Under the pieces are notes generated by a model. The model was not told the origin of the DNA and ran no database searches. It worked only from the letters and a program-made list of their open reading frames with translations. The translations under genes were made by a program, and so were the position numbers. A DNA stretch of 64,000 nt from Lytechinus pictus (taxonomy: Eukaryota): NCBI RefSeq assembly GCF_037042905.1, contig NC_087254.1, forward strand, positions 30,566,001 to 30,630,000, given 5' to 3'. Shown here one piece after another: positions 1 to 12,575 of the stretch (its first letter is position 1; the number at the start of each line of letters is the position of its first letter).

Positions 1-744
1 TCAGTCATTCAATAGATAATAACTTTGCAATTGCATATCCAGTTTTCTTTTGCAATAAAACACATGGATCAGTGGTAGGTCCAGGTAGGGGCACATCCAG
101 AGCAAAATGACCTCTATTTGGTAGTGCAAACATCTTTTTTTGCTTTTAAAACAATTTTTTGCCCCCCCCCCCCCTTGGAAAGTCCTGGATCCGCCCCTGG
201 TATGGATCGAGTTACAAGAGTGAAGATTGAATTATCAATTGCAAACGTATGCTTTCAACAGGTTGTAGGTGTATCTAATATCACGGGACCTTGTAGTCGA
301 GCGTTAACCCCGAAGTCCTCCACCAGGAAGTAGGCATACTCAGGGCTGACGAGAGTGGTGGTATTATTTCTGATTTGGGATTGGGGGTTGGGGTGAGCCT
401 TTGTAATTTGGTTTTGATTTATGTAATAATACAATCGATGTAAATCACATAAAGATATTCATGTTTAAAAAAAATCAGTTAATTATAATGAAAATAAACA
501 ATGGGGGCAAGTCCTATTTAAAACTGAATGAGAAAAGGTTGATTGCTGGACCAGGGGAACAGAAGGCGCAGCTGATCTGTATCATTGATAGAAGGTGAAG
601 GACTGAAGGTGGAGGTCGATCACAGAGATGGATGACTTTTTTTAAAAGATGTTTTATTGTTTTTCTCTCAAATTAAATCCATACAGTTCACAAAGTAACA
701 ATTGTATAAATAATTCGAACAAATTACTTAAACTCTTATACCTT

Positions 745-1737
745 GTAGACTGTTGTTACTGCAAAAGAAGTCCCTTCGTATTATTCATAATTCAGCTTTT
801 CGTTCACACACTGACCCACTATTTTTTGACAGCAAATTGCTGAAGATAAGCGACCTATACTTATTTCATTTAGGGCAATTTATGTTTAAATTTAACAAAA
901 ATATCCTTCCACGTGTATTTGATTCTATGTTTCCTCTTAATCGGTCTTTTCATAATTACCCTACGAGGCAATCTAACGAATTTCATTTACCCCGTTTTAG
1001 AACTTTATTGGCAAAGAGTACATTTATGTTCGATGGCCCTAGTTTTTGGAACTCCCTCGACAATAACATAAAAAACAGCCCTTCCATACATTCTTTTAAA
1101 AGAAAACTGAAAAACTTCTTACTTAAATCCTACCGAGGTCTTCATTACTAATTCCCGCTCGTTACCACCCCCTCTCAGACATCTAGTTATTTTTATTAGT
1201 CTTTATCATCTTGTTTTATTCTCTAATTTCGGTCGCAATTCGTCCTGTTTCTATTTAAGTTTACTTCTCCTTTTGTCGTCCTGTTCTTGTTCTTGTTTTT
1301 TTTTTTTTTTTTCTTCGTGGTATTTTACTCTTTATTAGTTTTGTCTTGTTCTGTGTGTTATCTTGTTCTTTTTAATCTATTCAGTAAGTCTCCGTAGGCA
1401 AATAGCAACCATTGCGTCTCTCCCCCCCCCCCTCTTTCTTTCTCTCTCTCCTCTTTTCTCTTCTTTGAGGGAGGTTCACATTATACAAGCTTTGCTTTTG
1501 AGTGAATCTCCTATTTCCACAGATACCTTTTTTTTTCTATTTGAATTATATTTTATAATTTGTCTACGAAATGCACCACATTTTGTATATATCTTTATAT
1601 GTTAATTATCATGAATGTTTTTTACTATGATTATAAAGACAATGATTTGTATCGCAAATATTTGTTACAATGTATGAAAATGATTTGTATCAATATTTAT
1701 GTTATTTCTGTTGGAAATAAATCTGAATCTGAATCTG
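745..1737 (+). mobile_element. 5'-truncated LINE (CR1/L2-group) 3' end: ORF2 C-terminus plus 3' UTR and tail
   Basis: ORF 753-1151 (LQKKSLRII...HTDPLF...HNYPTRQ...GPSFWNSL...SFKRKLKNFLL) matches the typical post-RT C-terminus of CR1/L2-group ORF2. It ends with AATAAA (1716) and a (TCTGAA)n tail. The 5' boundary is approximate. Confidence 0.8.
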
Positions 1738-2145
1738 GACCTTATGCGCATCATGTAATATTATTCAAAGACACTGTATCGTTCAAGATGAGGTGTGACC
1801 ATAGAGATGTAGGATGGGGGGTCGGGTGTCCGGACACTTTATATTTTTGAAGCCTTCTTTTTGTCTTTGGATTACACTAAAAATATGAATTCAATAGTTG
1901 TAATCATCTTCTATTTTTTTCTCTATAATATTTCTTAACATTTTGTACTAAAAATTGATGAAACTTCGCTTGTAAATTTTTCCAAATGACTTTCTAAAAT
2001 TGATCGTCCGGACACACAACCTGTCCGGACACACAACAACTCGGTATATACTAATCATCTCTATGGGTGTGACTCACAAAGATATGAGAAAAAACTTATA
2101 AAAGTATAGGAGACGTTCTACCTGCCCCTACCTGACCCCTCCTAA

Positions 2146-2234
2146 ATTGGTCGATCCGAGGAGCTAGCTCGCTGAGCCCGCAATTTTCGGCCCTCTGCGG
2201 TCAAAGTTAAATAGGTTGTAGCGGTTTCTTTGAA
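2146..2234 (+). promoter_or_regulatory. Survivin proximal promoter: inverted CCAAT box plus CDE-like/CHR module
   Basis: ATTGG at 2146-2150. AGCGG (2220-2224), 4-nt spacer TTTC, then TTTGAA (2229-2234), about 50 nt upstream of the ATG in CpG-rich sequence. Confidence 0.6.
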
Positions 2235-2282
2235 AATTGATCATCTTTTGTAGATTCCCAACTTAAAATTGTATTTACTGCT

Positions 2283-5200
2283 ATGGCAGGAGAAAATAAG
2301 GAAAATGTTGACGTCGATACTGAAGCAGAAATGGAAGAATTTGCAATGCATTTCGAGGCAAATCGTTTGGATTCATTTAAAGACTGGCCATTCCAAGAAG
2401 ATTGTTCATGTGTTCCACAAAAGGTAAGCAGCCAGTGCAAATGCACAGACGACTCGAATTTTCTACCGTATGCAGGCCGGTGCTCTCCCGCTAGCCGCTT
2501 GCAAGTTGAGGCACGGCCGCGCCGCGGAGTAGCTGCTCAGCTCCGGTGCGGTGACAGTCAGTCGGCTAGCCTAAAATACCAGGAATAACCTTCGTTTCTG
2601 GGGATTTATTAACAATTTCTGACATTTACTTTCATGTTTCAATTATATGATAAAAAGCTGTAATCCCATTAACATGATGGCATGCCAACATGATTAACAC
2701 CCTGGTAGTGGTAATGAAAACTGACATTGTGACAATGACAAAAATCAAAATGTCAAAAAATCAGGCATTTGTCCCCAGCCCAGGGCCAAGCTCAAGGCCC
2801 AAGGCCAAGCAGAAAAAGAGAAAATAAGCCAAACTTATGGTGGTGTGACCTTAATTCGCGCGTTACCTAATTTTGAGCAGAAAAAGCAACCCAAAATTAC
2901 TCAGTATTTGAGTATCATATCAGTACAGTATGGTAATTTTCTTGAAACAAGGTAAGCCTTCGTAAGGTCTCTCAAATTGTGAAAAACTGAAAATATTGGC
3001 AAAACATCGGCGAATTTTGTTACCTTTTGCGTCCGCTCCGAGAAAATCTGATCTTCTCGACAAGCATTAAGAAATCGCTAGTTTTAATTGCAAGCAGAGG
3101 TCTCCAAATAAATAAATAAAATGTGATACCAACCGAATTTATGGCATTTTAACCTAGGCTCTATCTGATTCTGATATCATTATCTTACCTTTGTTTGATT
3201 TCTTTTCTAAAGGCAAGCTTTGCAAAATGCAAAACGATCATGCGCAAATTAAGGTCACACTTTTTATGACACTTTTTAAGTTTTTCAGCCGAGCGCACAC
3301 TAGTCGATCACCATGGAATTTTTAGATTGCGATACGAGCGATAAAATTCCGTCAAGCAAATTTGACTTTGGGATCTTGCCTTCCGTCTGGTATTTATGAT
3401 TTTGATTAATTTTGTGTGAACTGTGAGAAATTTTTGATTGAGAATCAACTTCATGATGATTTTTAAAATGTGCGCAAATTTACTAGTACATGTACTTACT
3501 TCCAGTATACTAATAGTAATACTAACCTCGCAATATGTGTGAGTGACTTACTTCCAACATTGCCAACCTTACAGTATTTTCCCACACAGGAAGTAGATCT
3601 ACATGTACTGATCTACATACGTGTAGTAACAGAGAATAAGGATCATAACCTTGTTCATTGAATGAGTGCCCAAGACCATGCACGATATTCTAATAAAAAT
3701 CCAAATTTATTAAACTCAGTTTTTATAGGTCTAAGAAATACCTAGATCTGCAGAATATTAAGATGTAAAATTTTGCTGAATTAATTTTCTTAATTACAAA
3801 ATCAGCTCCCGATCGCACCCCTCTTCGACTTTGCACGTGAAATATTTTGGCCATTTGACTCTTGAAAATAGTATTGTACAAACTAATAACGTGTGTTTCC
3901 TGTGGGAAAAGTTGAGAAAACAACTGGCAACTGCCCCCACTAATGCTCTATCTTTACCATATTTTTATTTTTTGAGAATACAAAGAATTTGAGAGTGTGT
4001 TCTTGACCATTTAATAATTCAATTCAACTCAAGTTCCCTTCATGCCCTTTGAAAGGATGTTGCAAAGTTTGAGTGTATGAAATTTTATCTTGATGCGTGC
4101 GTTCGGTAATACAAGGCTGGTCGCTAATACAATAACTCACTATAGACCTTCTGGTTCTGTATAGGTTATACATGTAACTTTCAAACAAGTGAATGGATCT
4201 ATTCAAATGCATGATTTGTTTGACTTTGAGTCACATTACTAGTTAGTATTCAAGTTATCCATATTATCACTTATCATTTTGCACCAGTTTCGAGTCCCAT
4301 GATCAAGATCAAAGGGCATTGCCAATGAACTTACTATGAATGGTGTTTTATGAATTATAATAAAAATATGGTCAATAGAGTGCAGTGACACTTAGTAGTT
4401 GGTATATGTACATGTATCATATCATTACCCCCAGCTAGCAGCTGTAGCTGAGGCGCCATTTACATGTAAGCAGGGACGGATCCAGATTTCCAAAAGGGGG
4501 CACATTTTTGCGGGGGAAAATTTGACAAGCAACAAAAAAAATTTCTTTCAAAAGGGGGGGGGGGCACACTTATGTTTTAAAGGCATTTTTACATTAAAAA
4601 TTTCAATTGTGCCTCTCAAAGGGTACGGGCCAGCTTATAATATATATACATGTAAGGGCTATGTGGAGGCATCATGGTCTTGTGGTTACGACTCTCCTCT
4701 TTCAATCAGAGCGACGTGGGTTCGAATCCCGGTCATGACGTGTTTTCCTTCAGCAAGAACTTTACCCACATGGTGCTCATTAGGCCTGGGAGTAGCCATC
4801 GATTGATCGAATGGCTTGCCGCCGATCGCCAATCGATTAGCAAAATTTACACTAATCAAATGTTCAGCAGATCCCGATTATGACTTTGGGATAACTCGAA
4901 TACCCAAGTAATAATAACAAAAATGATCAATGATTGTATCACATTCACAGTTAATCACCGACCTGAAAGAGCTCCGAACATGTTAATCCCACCCGGCCTT
5001 GCCCTCGATACACAATATTGTCATTGCCTGCGTGCTCAAAACAGAAAGTAAACTCACAACCAGCTCACTTGAGCTGAATGGACCTTCGATAGCCAATGAA
5101 ACTTTTTGGGAAACAGAAGAAGCCACATGCGTTTCCTTATCAGGAAAGGTCATGACTTCAGAAATAAATTGACCCCTCCCCATCTGTGTGTGTGTGAGGG

Positions 5201-8200
5201 AGAGAAAGAGAAAGATAGGGGGTGGGAGTCGGAGAATTCCTTTCATGTTTCAAAACAATGCAAACTTTTTTATATCCCCCTCACACAATCAAAACATTCC
5301 AATACGCGCCCGCGCCTCCGTCACCTACTTTCTTGACTAGTCTCCAAAAATAGACCCAGTTATACATGTAGGTTCACGGGTTCAAATGATAAAAATTTGT
5401 AATTTTGAAAACTATTTTAAATGAAAAATATTGTGCAAAATATTTTTTTGAAATACATGTGTAGCATTGTGGGGAATGCCACAAGTGGGGATGGGGACAT
5501 GGTGTGGGCAAGGGATGAAATTTTTCAAGAAGTGAAATGCACCACCTGCGTGTCAGTCTCAAAGAATACTTCATGAATGAGTTGTTTACTACTTAGACGT
5601 CTTTGGGCTTGGGGCTCGGCTGATCTGGGCTGATTCATTCATATACAGGGGTGTGGCACTTGAAGGGATGCATGCATAATACCAGGGTACCAGCATTTAT
5701 TTTTTTCATTGGAACAATAAACTGAAAGATTTAATCTCATTTCAAGTAGTTTCTTTTGATATAAAAATCATGGAGAAGGGGGAAAAGGGCCTACTTTCAT
5801 TTATGATAAACATGTGACTTTGATGGAGATTTCTTCATTCGGGAGGTCACCAAAAAGTAGGTTAACTATTGTGACTTCAAAGACGTGGTTCCCGACGAAC
5901 AATCGAATCATTCGATTATTTTTTCAGGAAAATAATAATCGAATGGTAAAAATTACATTCGTCCCAGGCTTAGTGCTCATGTACGTGCTGCACTCGACCC
6001 TGGTGAGGTGAATGGGTACCTGGTAGGATTTATTATTGACGCTTTAGTGACGATATGGCGGCTCAGCTATGGCCGGGGTATAACATAATACCACAAAGCG
6101 CAGTTGAGTGTATGCACACAGTTAATAGTAACAGTGCTATATAAAATTATGATTGGACATATTATTATTAATATTAATAAAAGCCTTCAAGGAATATAAT
6201 ATTTGTGAATAATTTTTCATCTTAAAGGGGAAGTTCACCCTGACAAAAAGTTTATTGTAAAAATAGCAGAAATAAAAGAAAAAAAATTTGGTGAATGTTT
6301 TTTTTTTTTTTTTACATCATATATGCGAGCAGCTTCCCATGTAGCCTACATGTAGGTTGGGTCCAGGAGCATAGCCCCATGCGGAGGTCAATAAGGCAGT
6401 GCACCCTGAAGCTTATGGATTTTAGCAACTTTAACCCTAAAAGTACTGTGCTATTTGAGATGTATTGAGGACAGGTTTTGGTGGGGCATGAATGGGTCTA
6501 TTGTGATTTTTCCCACATTTTTTTTTCTTTCATGAAATTTCAGAAATCGTAACATCCTGATTTTTAGTCATTTTAATGACTAAAGATTTTGAAAGTTTAA
6601 TGATCCTGATAAAATCAAGATTCAGAAAATTTGGCAGGTTTTTAATTGCAAAGTTAGCATATGAAACAGGCCCCTGGATTTAAACAGAGGAAATTTTATA
6701 TCAGCATGAGATGTAACTGGTCTTGCATTCTCAGACATTTGTGATATTGTTTTTTTTTCTTTCTAGCTTGCTGAAGCGGGATTCTATCACATACCTAGTG
6801 AGCAAGAACCAGATGCTGTCAGATGTTTTATGTGTCAAAAGGAGCTTGATGGTTGGGAACCAGATGATGATCCAATGTAAGTTGTAATTATGTATACATG
6901 TACTGTATAGACTATAGTGCTCTCAAGTTAAATATCGGGGTAAACCATACAGCCACATCTGAATTGACCTTCTTCAGACTTCGCTGTGAAATTTGGACAT
7001 CTTGTAATTTTTGGCCCAACCCAATGGAATTACCTATCTATGAATGCACATTTTTTGTGTAGTTTTACAATATAAAGAATGCACTATGAGATGGTTAAAA
7101 ATAAAAGGAATCTAACCAATCGTTTGGGTTGTAGCATCCATCATGCAGTTATTGTTACATCACAAAGGCAGCCTGACAATATATGCAATGAGGTGGCACA
7201 TTAATTCACATAAAATGTCATTACTATGGTGACTAACGTCCTGCTCACTTTAGCATATAAAAACTTTGTACCCAAAATAGTGCAGATATTGTTAGGATCC
7301 ATCGATTGTGGGCTTGTGGCCATATAACAAATTACGCATTTGGTAAGGAGAGCGTATCTAAGCAATCAGAAACCTTTGACCCATTTTATATACAGGATTA
7401 TCTTCAACTGATATTGCTCAAAGGTGTTTTACATAGAAGATTTTCCATTGTAAATTGTGGATAGTGAAAAAGTTGAAGGGTTTATTATGAGACTAGTAAT
7501 ATTAGTAAATTGAAACTCATGTGTGTTCTTAGTCAGAATTGAATGAAGGGATGTGGAAGGGTCGTGGTGTAGCGGTTCTGACTCTTGCCTTGTAATCAGA
7601 GGGTCGTGTGTTTGAATCCCACCATGGCCTAGTGTCCTTTGGCAAGGCGTCAATCCACAATTTGCCACTCTCAACCCAGGTGTTAAATGGGTATATTATA
7701 TCTGTAAAGCGCTTAGTGACGTCGTTCTGATGTATTAAGTGCTAATAAAAAGTGTATTATAATATTATTGCCCCTTTACATTGAACATATTTATTATTTA
7801 CTCTGTGTATTGTATTGTGTTTCTCTCCTTTCTTTTGAAGGAGTGAGCATCGAAAGCATGCACCCAAGTGTTATTTCCTTAAGCACTGGAAACCAGAAGA
7901 AGAGTACACTGTGGCTGACTTTGTTAAGAGCATATCAGAACGCCAACAAGCAAAAATGGTAAGAAAACAACATTTTAGAGGGGTAGAGGGAAGTTGGTAG
8001 AGTACCGAATGATCCTGTGCTGGTTTTTTCATAGTTAATAGAGATAATCTTTCTATATCTGATTGGTTAAAGGATTTTTTTTTAACCTCCAAAGGCAGTT
8101 GTCATGTCATGTGATTGAATAAGAAATTATATATAAATGACTGAAACAAACCGTGTACAAAAAATTGTACAACATGTAGTATATTTTTTGATAGGTAGAC

Positions 8201-9261
8201 TATGAATTATTATGAACGCCACTATACATGGAGAACACTGTGAAAGTAATGTGTAACAACACTGTAAATGGAGAAGATTGACTATGCTAGAAATCAAAGA
8301 TTCACAACCCGACTGTCATAAAATCCAATGTATCCAATGTGCACCTGTAATTTTTACCGACCTGCCAATTTTGTTCGGTCAGTTGCTGTACAAATCTTAG
8401 TATTTCATTGAGTAGGACTTCTTTCGCGAACGTTTTTTGATGATTGAATGTCTGTTGCTTCATCGACTTTCGTACAGGGCGTTGCAATTGATTCCAACAA
8501 AATAAATAAATCAAACAAAAAGTATCAGAATTTTTCATTAATTGAAAGCGTGTGTCATCTATGAAAAGTATAGTTCCTCTTCTTGATATATTGTTGTTAA
8601 TGTATACCGATAATGTACAAATAATGCCTTGTACATGTAGGTTTGTTTCAAAGTTTATAAGATGTTTCCCTTTATTTGATTGCAAAGTCATACTGTTGAA
8701 TTGCTTTGAATTGTATTTTGTACTATATGTCATTTCGAATTAGGGTAGGAAATAATTTTTTTTTTTTCCACATTGGGGCAATTGCAGAATTTTTGGGCTA
8801 TTTCTTTCATTTGAAGGTCTACTTTTTAGGGGTAAAAAGTAATTGTGCAGTAAAAGCAAATATTCTTCTGCCACTAAGAATATTGATTTTCTAAATAATC
8901 TTGAATTTTGTTTGGAACAGATCTTTGGGCGACTGTATAATGAATGGTCGCCCCAAAGCATGCATTTTGGGGGAATTTTAGGGGCAATTGGGCTGTTATG
9001 AGGGCAAAATCGCCCGTCACCCTCATGTTTTTCTGACGCTGTTTAGACTTTAGAGTACTGGTAAGCTGTCTGATCTTGACGCATATTTTGTTACTTTTTT
9101 GTATGTAGAGTCACTATTACATGTATACCAGGTACTAGTAATTAAATGTCATGTATGATATGCATTTACTTTTTCCACAGAAACGTCTGCTAGAGACAAA
9201 GACAAAAGAATTCCAGAAACAAGCTGCAGAAGTCCGGAAACAGATGGAACTACTAAAATGA
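2283..9261 (+). CDS. BIRC5: Survivin (single BIR domain, chromosomal passenger complex), 149 aa
   Basis: Exons 2283-2423, 6767-6876, 7841-7958, 9181-9261 (450 nt, all GT-AG). Protein [17 protein letters not shown]|[33 protein letters not shown]|[10 protein letters not shown]..: BIR Zn ligands C-x2-C..H..C, then a C-terminal helix. Internal exons of 110 and 118 nt match the vertebrate structure as recalled. Confidence 0.96.
2843..3260. mobile_element. MITE with ~19-bp terminal inverted repeats (survivin intron 1)
   Basis: GTGTGACCTTAATTCGCGC at the left end; GCGCAAATTAAGGTCACAC at the right end. Confidence 0.6.
4664..6178 (+). mobile_element. tRNA-derived SINE split by a hAT MITE
   Basis: Head with A/B boxes (TGGTCTTGTGGTT..GGTTCGAATCCC) at 4664-4780. 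The body resumes at ~5984 (..GAATGGGTACC..CCGGGGTAATAA..) and ends in a (TAT)n tail. Confidence 0.7.
4781..5972. mobile_element. Non-autonomous hAT-type element, 1192 bp
   Basis: TIR TAGGCCTGGGA / TCCCAGGCTTA. Perfect 8-bp TSD GTGCTCAT at 4773-4780 and 5973-5980. Subterminal CGAAT/ATCGA repeats. Confidence 0.85.
7555..7768 (+). mobile_element. tRNA-derived SINE, internally deleted copy of the 20006 family
   Basis: Head and tail closely match 20006-20364. The centre is missing between two GGGTA microhomologies. Confidence 0.85.
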
Positions 9262-12200
9262 AATGCAACAGAGGCTCCTTTACATTTCAAAGTGAATGTT
9301 TTGCTTCATATTACACAAATACATGTATACCAGGCTCTGAGAAAGTATAGTGGGGAATAATTAGTGTGAGGTTGGACTGGCAAGTACTATTTTTTTCCAA
9401 GAAAATATAGTAATATTGTCAATCCAACAGAGGATGAATAATTCCCTCTTTTCAAAAGAAACACCTGTATACTTGTTTTATATCCCTATTTGAACAATAA
9501 ATCTTGTCCCGTTTGTCTGTTTCCCCATTTTGAACCAAATTTATTCAGCCACTGCACTTCGCAGAATCTATCAGTCTCTGCGCCACTCCTCCGCAAGGGT
9601 TATGGTTTTCCAACGAGAGACAACTCGCTGTTTGCTGTGCCAAAGGTTCAGCTTTAGCCCCATAAAGTTTTTACACAAAAATATAGTGGACAAATATTTT
9701 TTGTCACATAAGCATCTACTGACCAATCACCTAATTTGAATACTCATGATATGAGAAATAATGACACTTTTAAGAATAGGGGGAGACCAAGAAATGACAT
9801 GAAATTTTAGAGAATGAAATATTTTTGGCTGAAACATTTTAATTTTAATTGATATAAATAACTGACTGAGATACCAAACAACAATAAAATACCCGAAAGC
9901 AATATGATACATTTGTAAATCAGTAAGAAATCTGGATCTTAATCTGTTTGTACTTTGCAAAGCTTCATATGGGATGCATGGAAAATGAGGAGTTATGAAA
10001 GTTTGTCATATATCTCACCAAAGAACATACAATTTGAATTTTGGAAACAGACAACGCTGATCAGAGGTGCATAACAGTTGACATTCAAATCAAAGAAATA
10101 TTATACCCAAGAAGAGCCACTACACACCTTTTTATGTTTGTTTGTTTTTAACTTTATTCAAAGTATAATGTTCATATTTCTGATTTTGCAAACAAACTTG
10201 ACAGGAAAACTTAAATAGATCATTTCAAAGACTTTCTAGTATCAGCTTTCATGGTGAAGCTGAATCTCTCTGATTCTTTGCCAAATCAAGCAAAAGAATC
10301 TCTGTGATTTGAATAGATGGTACAGCTTAATTGATCAAGTCCCAAACATGTAGTTAGATTACATGGATTTCTTTCACATCTCCAAAAGTTTGGTGGACTT
10401 CAGCAAATTGTAATCTACTTCCAATGAAATCTCAAGATAGAATGACTGTTAAAATCTGTCTCTTTGACTATACGTGGAGTATTAAAGAGCAAGAGATCAA
10501 AGAATGGATTCGTTTTATTAGTTCCTAGCAATCAACTGTATTTCATTTAGAATGTTGTTTTCCTGTCATCTGAGTGTAAACTGATTTGTAATAACTTGAC
10601 ACTTGTTTTTATAACTGGGAGGTGTGTGGGGGGGGGGGGGGTAATTATTTGTATATTTTACGTGTATATACTGATATGTTATGTGTCTTGGAATTATGTC
10701 ATTTTAAATGATGGAGGGAGGGGGGGTAATTGATTGAATCTTTCACATGTACATGCATATGAAACAGGACATAGAATGTATCTTATTTGAAATGATTATT
10801 ATTATTGTACAGAGTATATTTTTAACATTATTTCTAAGCTTCTTTCAAGTTTCAAGTCTTGACAACATCATACCAATAAGTACATCATATGGTTATACAC
10901 AGACAAGTTAATAAATGCACCTAGGACTCGCCTTTGACTTGTTATTATTTCCACTCTATTGTACAGTCACAAACATAAACATATTTTATATATATATCTA
11001 TATATACATGTATAAATTTTGTACAAAATCAATGGCTTTGAGAAATGTACAATTTACATTTAGGGTAGATTTGTTGATTCTTGGATGTATTCTGGACAAT
11101 AACCATCATGGTATAAATATGGTCAAGAACGTTCAAGAGTGAATGCACAGATTATGAATATTTTGGATTGTGTAGTCACATCTCTCATGTTGCAGCAATA
11201 TTAACAAAACTGATTCAAGATTGCTATTGCTATTGTTGGATTTACTGCTGTGTAACACTATTTTTTGTCCTTATCGCTATTTTTTGTATGACAGATGGAA
11301 AGTTGTATACACGTAGAGCACTTTCATTTAACAGGTCTATTTGTAATACCATTTTTAATGTAAATAAGTAAATAAATAAGTAAAAAATATTCACTTGTAT
11401 TCAACAGAGTATTGTATGTTGTTTTCATCCTTAATTGGTAACCCAAAGGTTTGTGAAAATTGAATAGATAAGAGAATACATCAAGCTTATAGCAAATTAA
11501 CATTACTGCCAGCAGATTTGCATAACCCACAGGTTAAAGTAAACAACCGAAAGTAAAATATTACACCATGCTGCTTTCCATAAGGCTTGCCTTATTTACC
11601 TTTCAAGGATTATGACATCAATATTGCCTTTTGGGGGTTATCTCTTATTTTCTTTGAATAAAATTGTGATAAAAAAGCAAATAAACACCTCTTGGCATTA
11701 CTTTTTCTTAATCATTTTTTATGCTTGTATGGCAATTGGACCCTATTACATGAAACTTAAAATTGATAACTCTGCCATCAATATTAAGTACTATGGATGG
11801 TAACAATGAAAAACGTTTCAATTAAAATCAAGTGAAAATTACCCTAAATGCCACACATTACATCATCAACAAAGGAAAAATCATTCTATTAAGATGTAGA
11901 CAGTTCCTCAAAGACTGGCGGAAAAAATTTACAAGTTCTGGCCTATCGCAATAACGGCACAAGTCCAAGATACATGCTTCTTAAAAATCAAGTGGCGTAT
12001 GATTGAAACTATTTCTGTGAAGAGCCTTAGGTGTCCACTTCTTTGCTGAAAAAAATAAATTGCATATTTTACTTGTTTTTTTCTCCAAGGAGCAGCAGCA
12101 GCAAACCATTTGACTGGTCTATTCAAAGCTTTCTTTGGTTGTTGTACATGGATTGACTACTGTATGATTGTGTATCTTTACAAAAAAAGGCAAAATTACT

Positions 12201-12575
12201 TAAAATAATTATATTCTTTGCAACAGAGACCAGTGCCCAGTTGCATGAAAGTTATATTTGTGGTAAGTTTGCCATCCAATGGTATTTAGCATGGTAAGAA
12301 TGCTAGACAATTAAAGACATGGATTCCATGGCAGTTACCATTGGATGGCAAAGCTACCATAATATAACAGTTCAAAAAGAAAACTAAGGCATTTGTTGAA
12401 TAGGTCCAGACACAACTTCTCAACGTCCAGTCATCCTCAAAATACATAACAGGAAGGAAGATGCAGTCATAGTAATGCTTTTGATGTTTTCAACAACGGG
12501 AATAAAACTTCAGTTTGGACGGATTCATAAGGTAAATGCTCCTCCAAAGTCTAGAACAGTCTTTTAACACAATTT

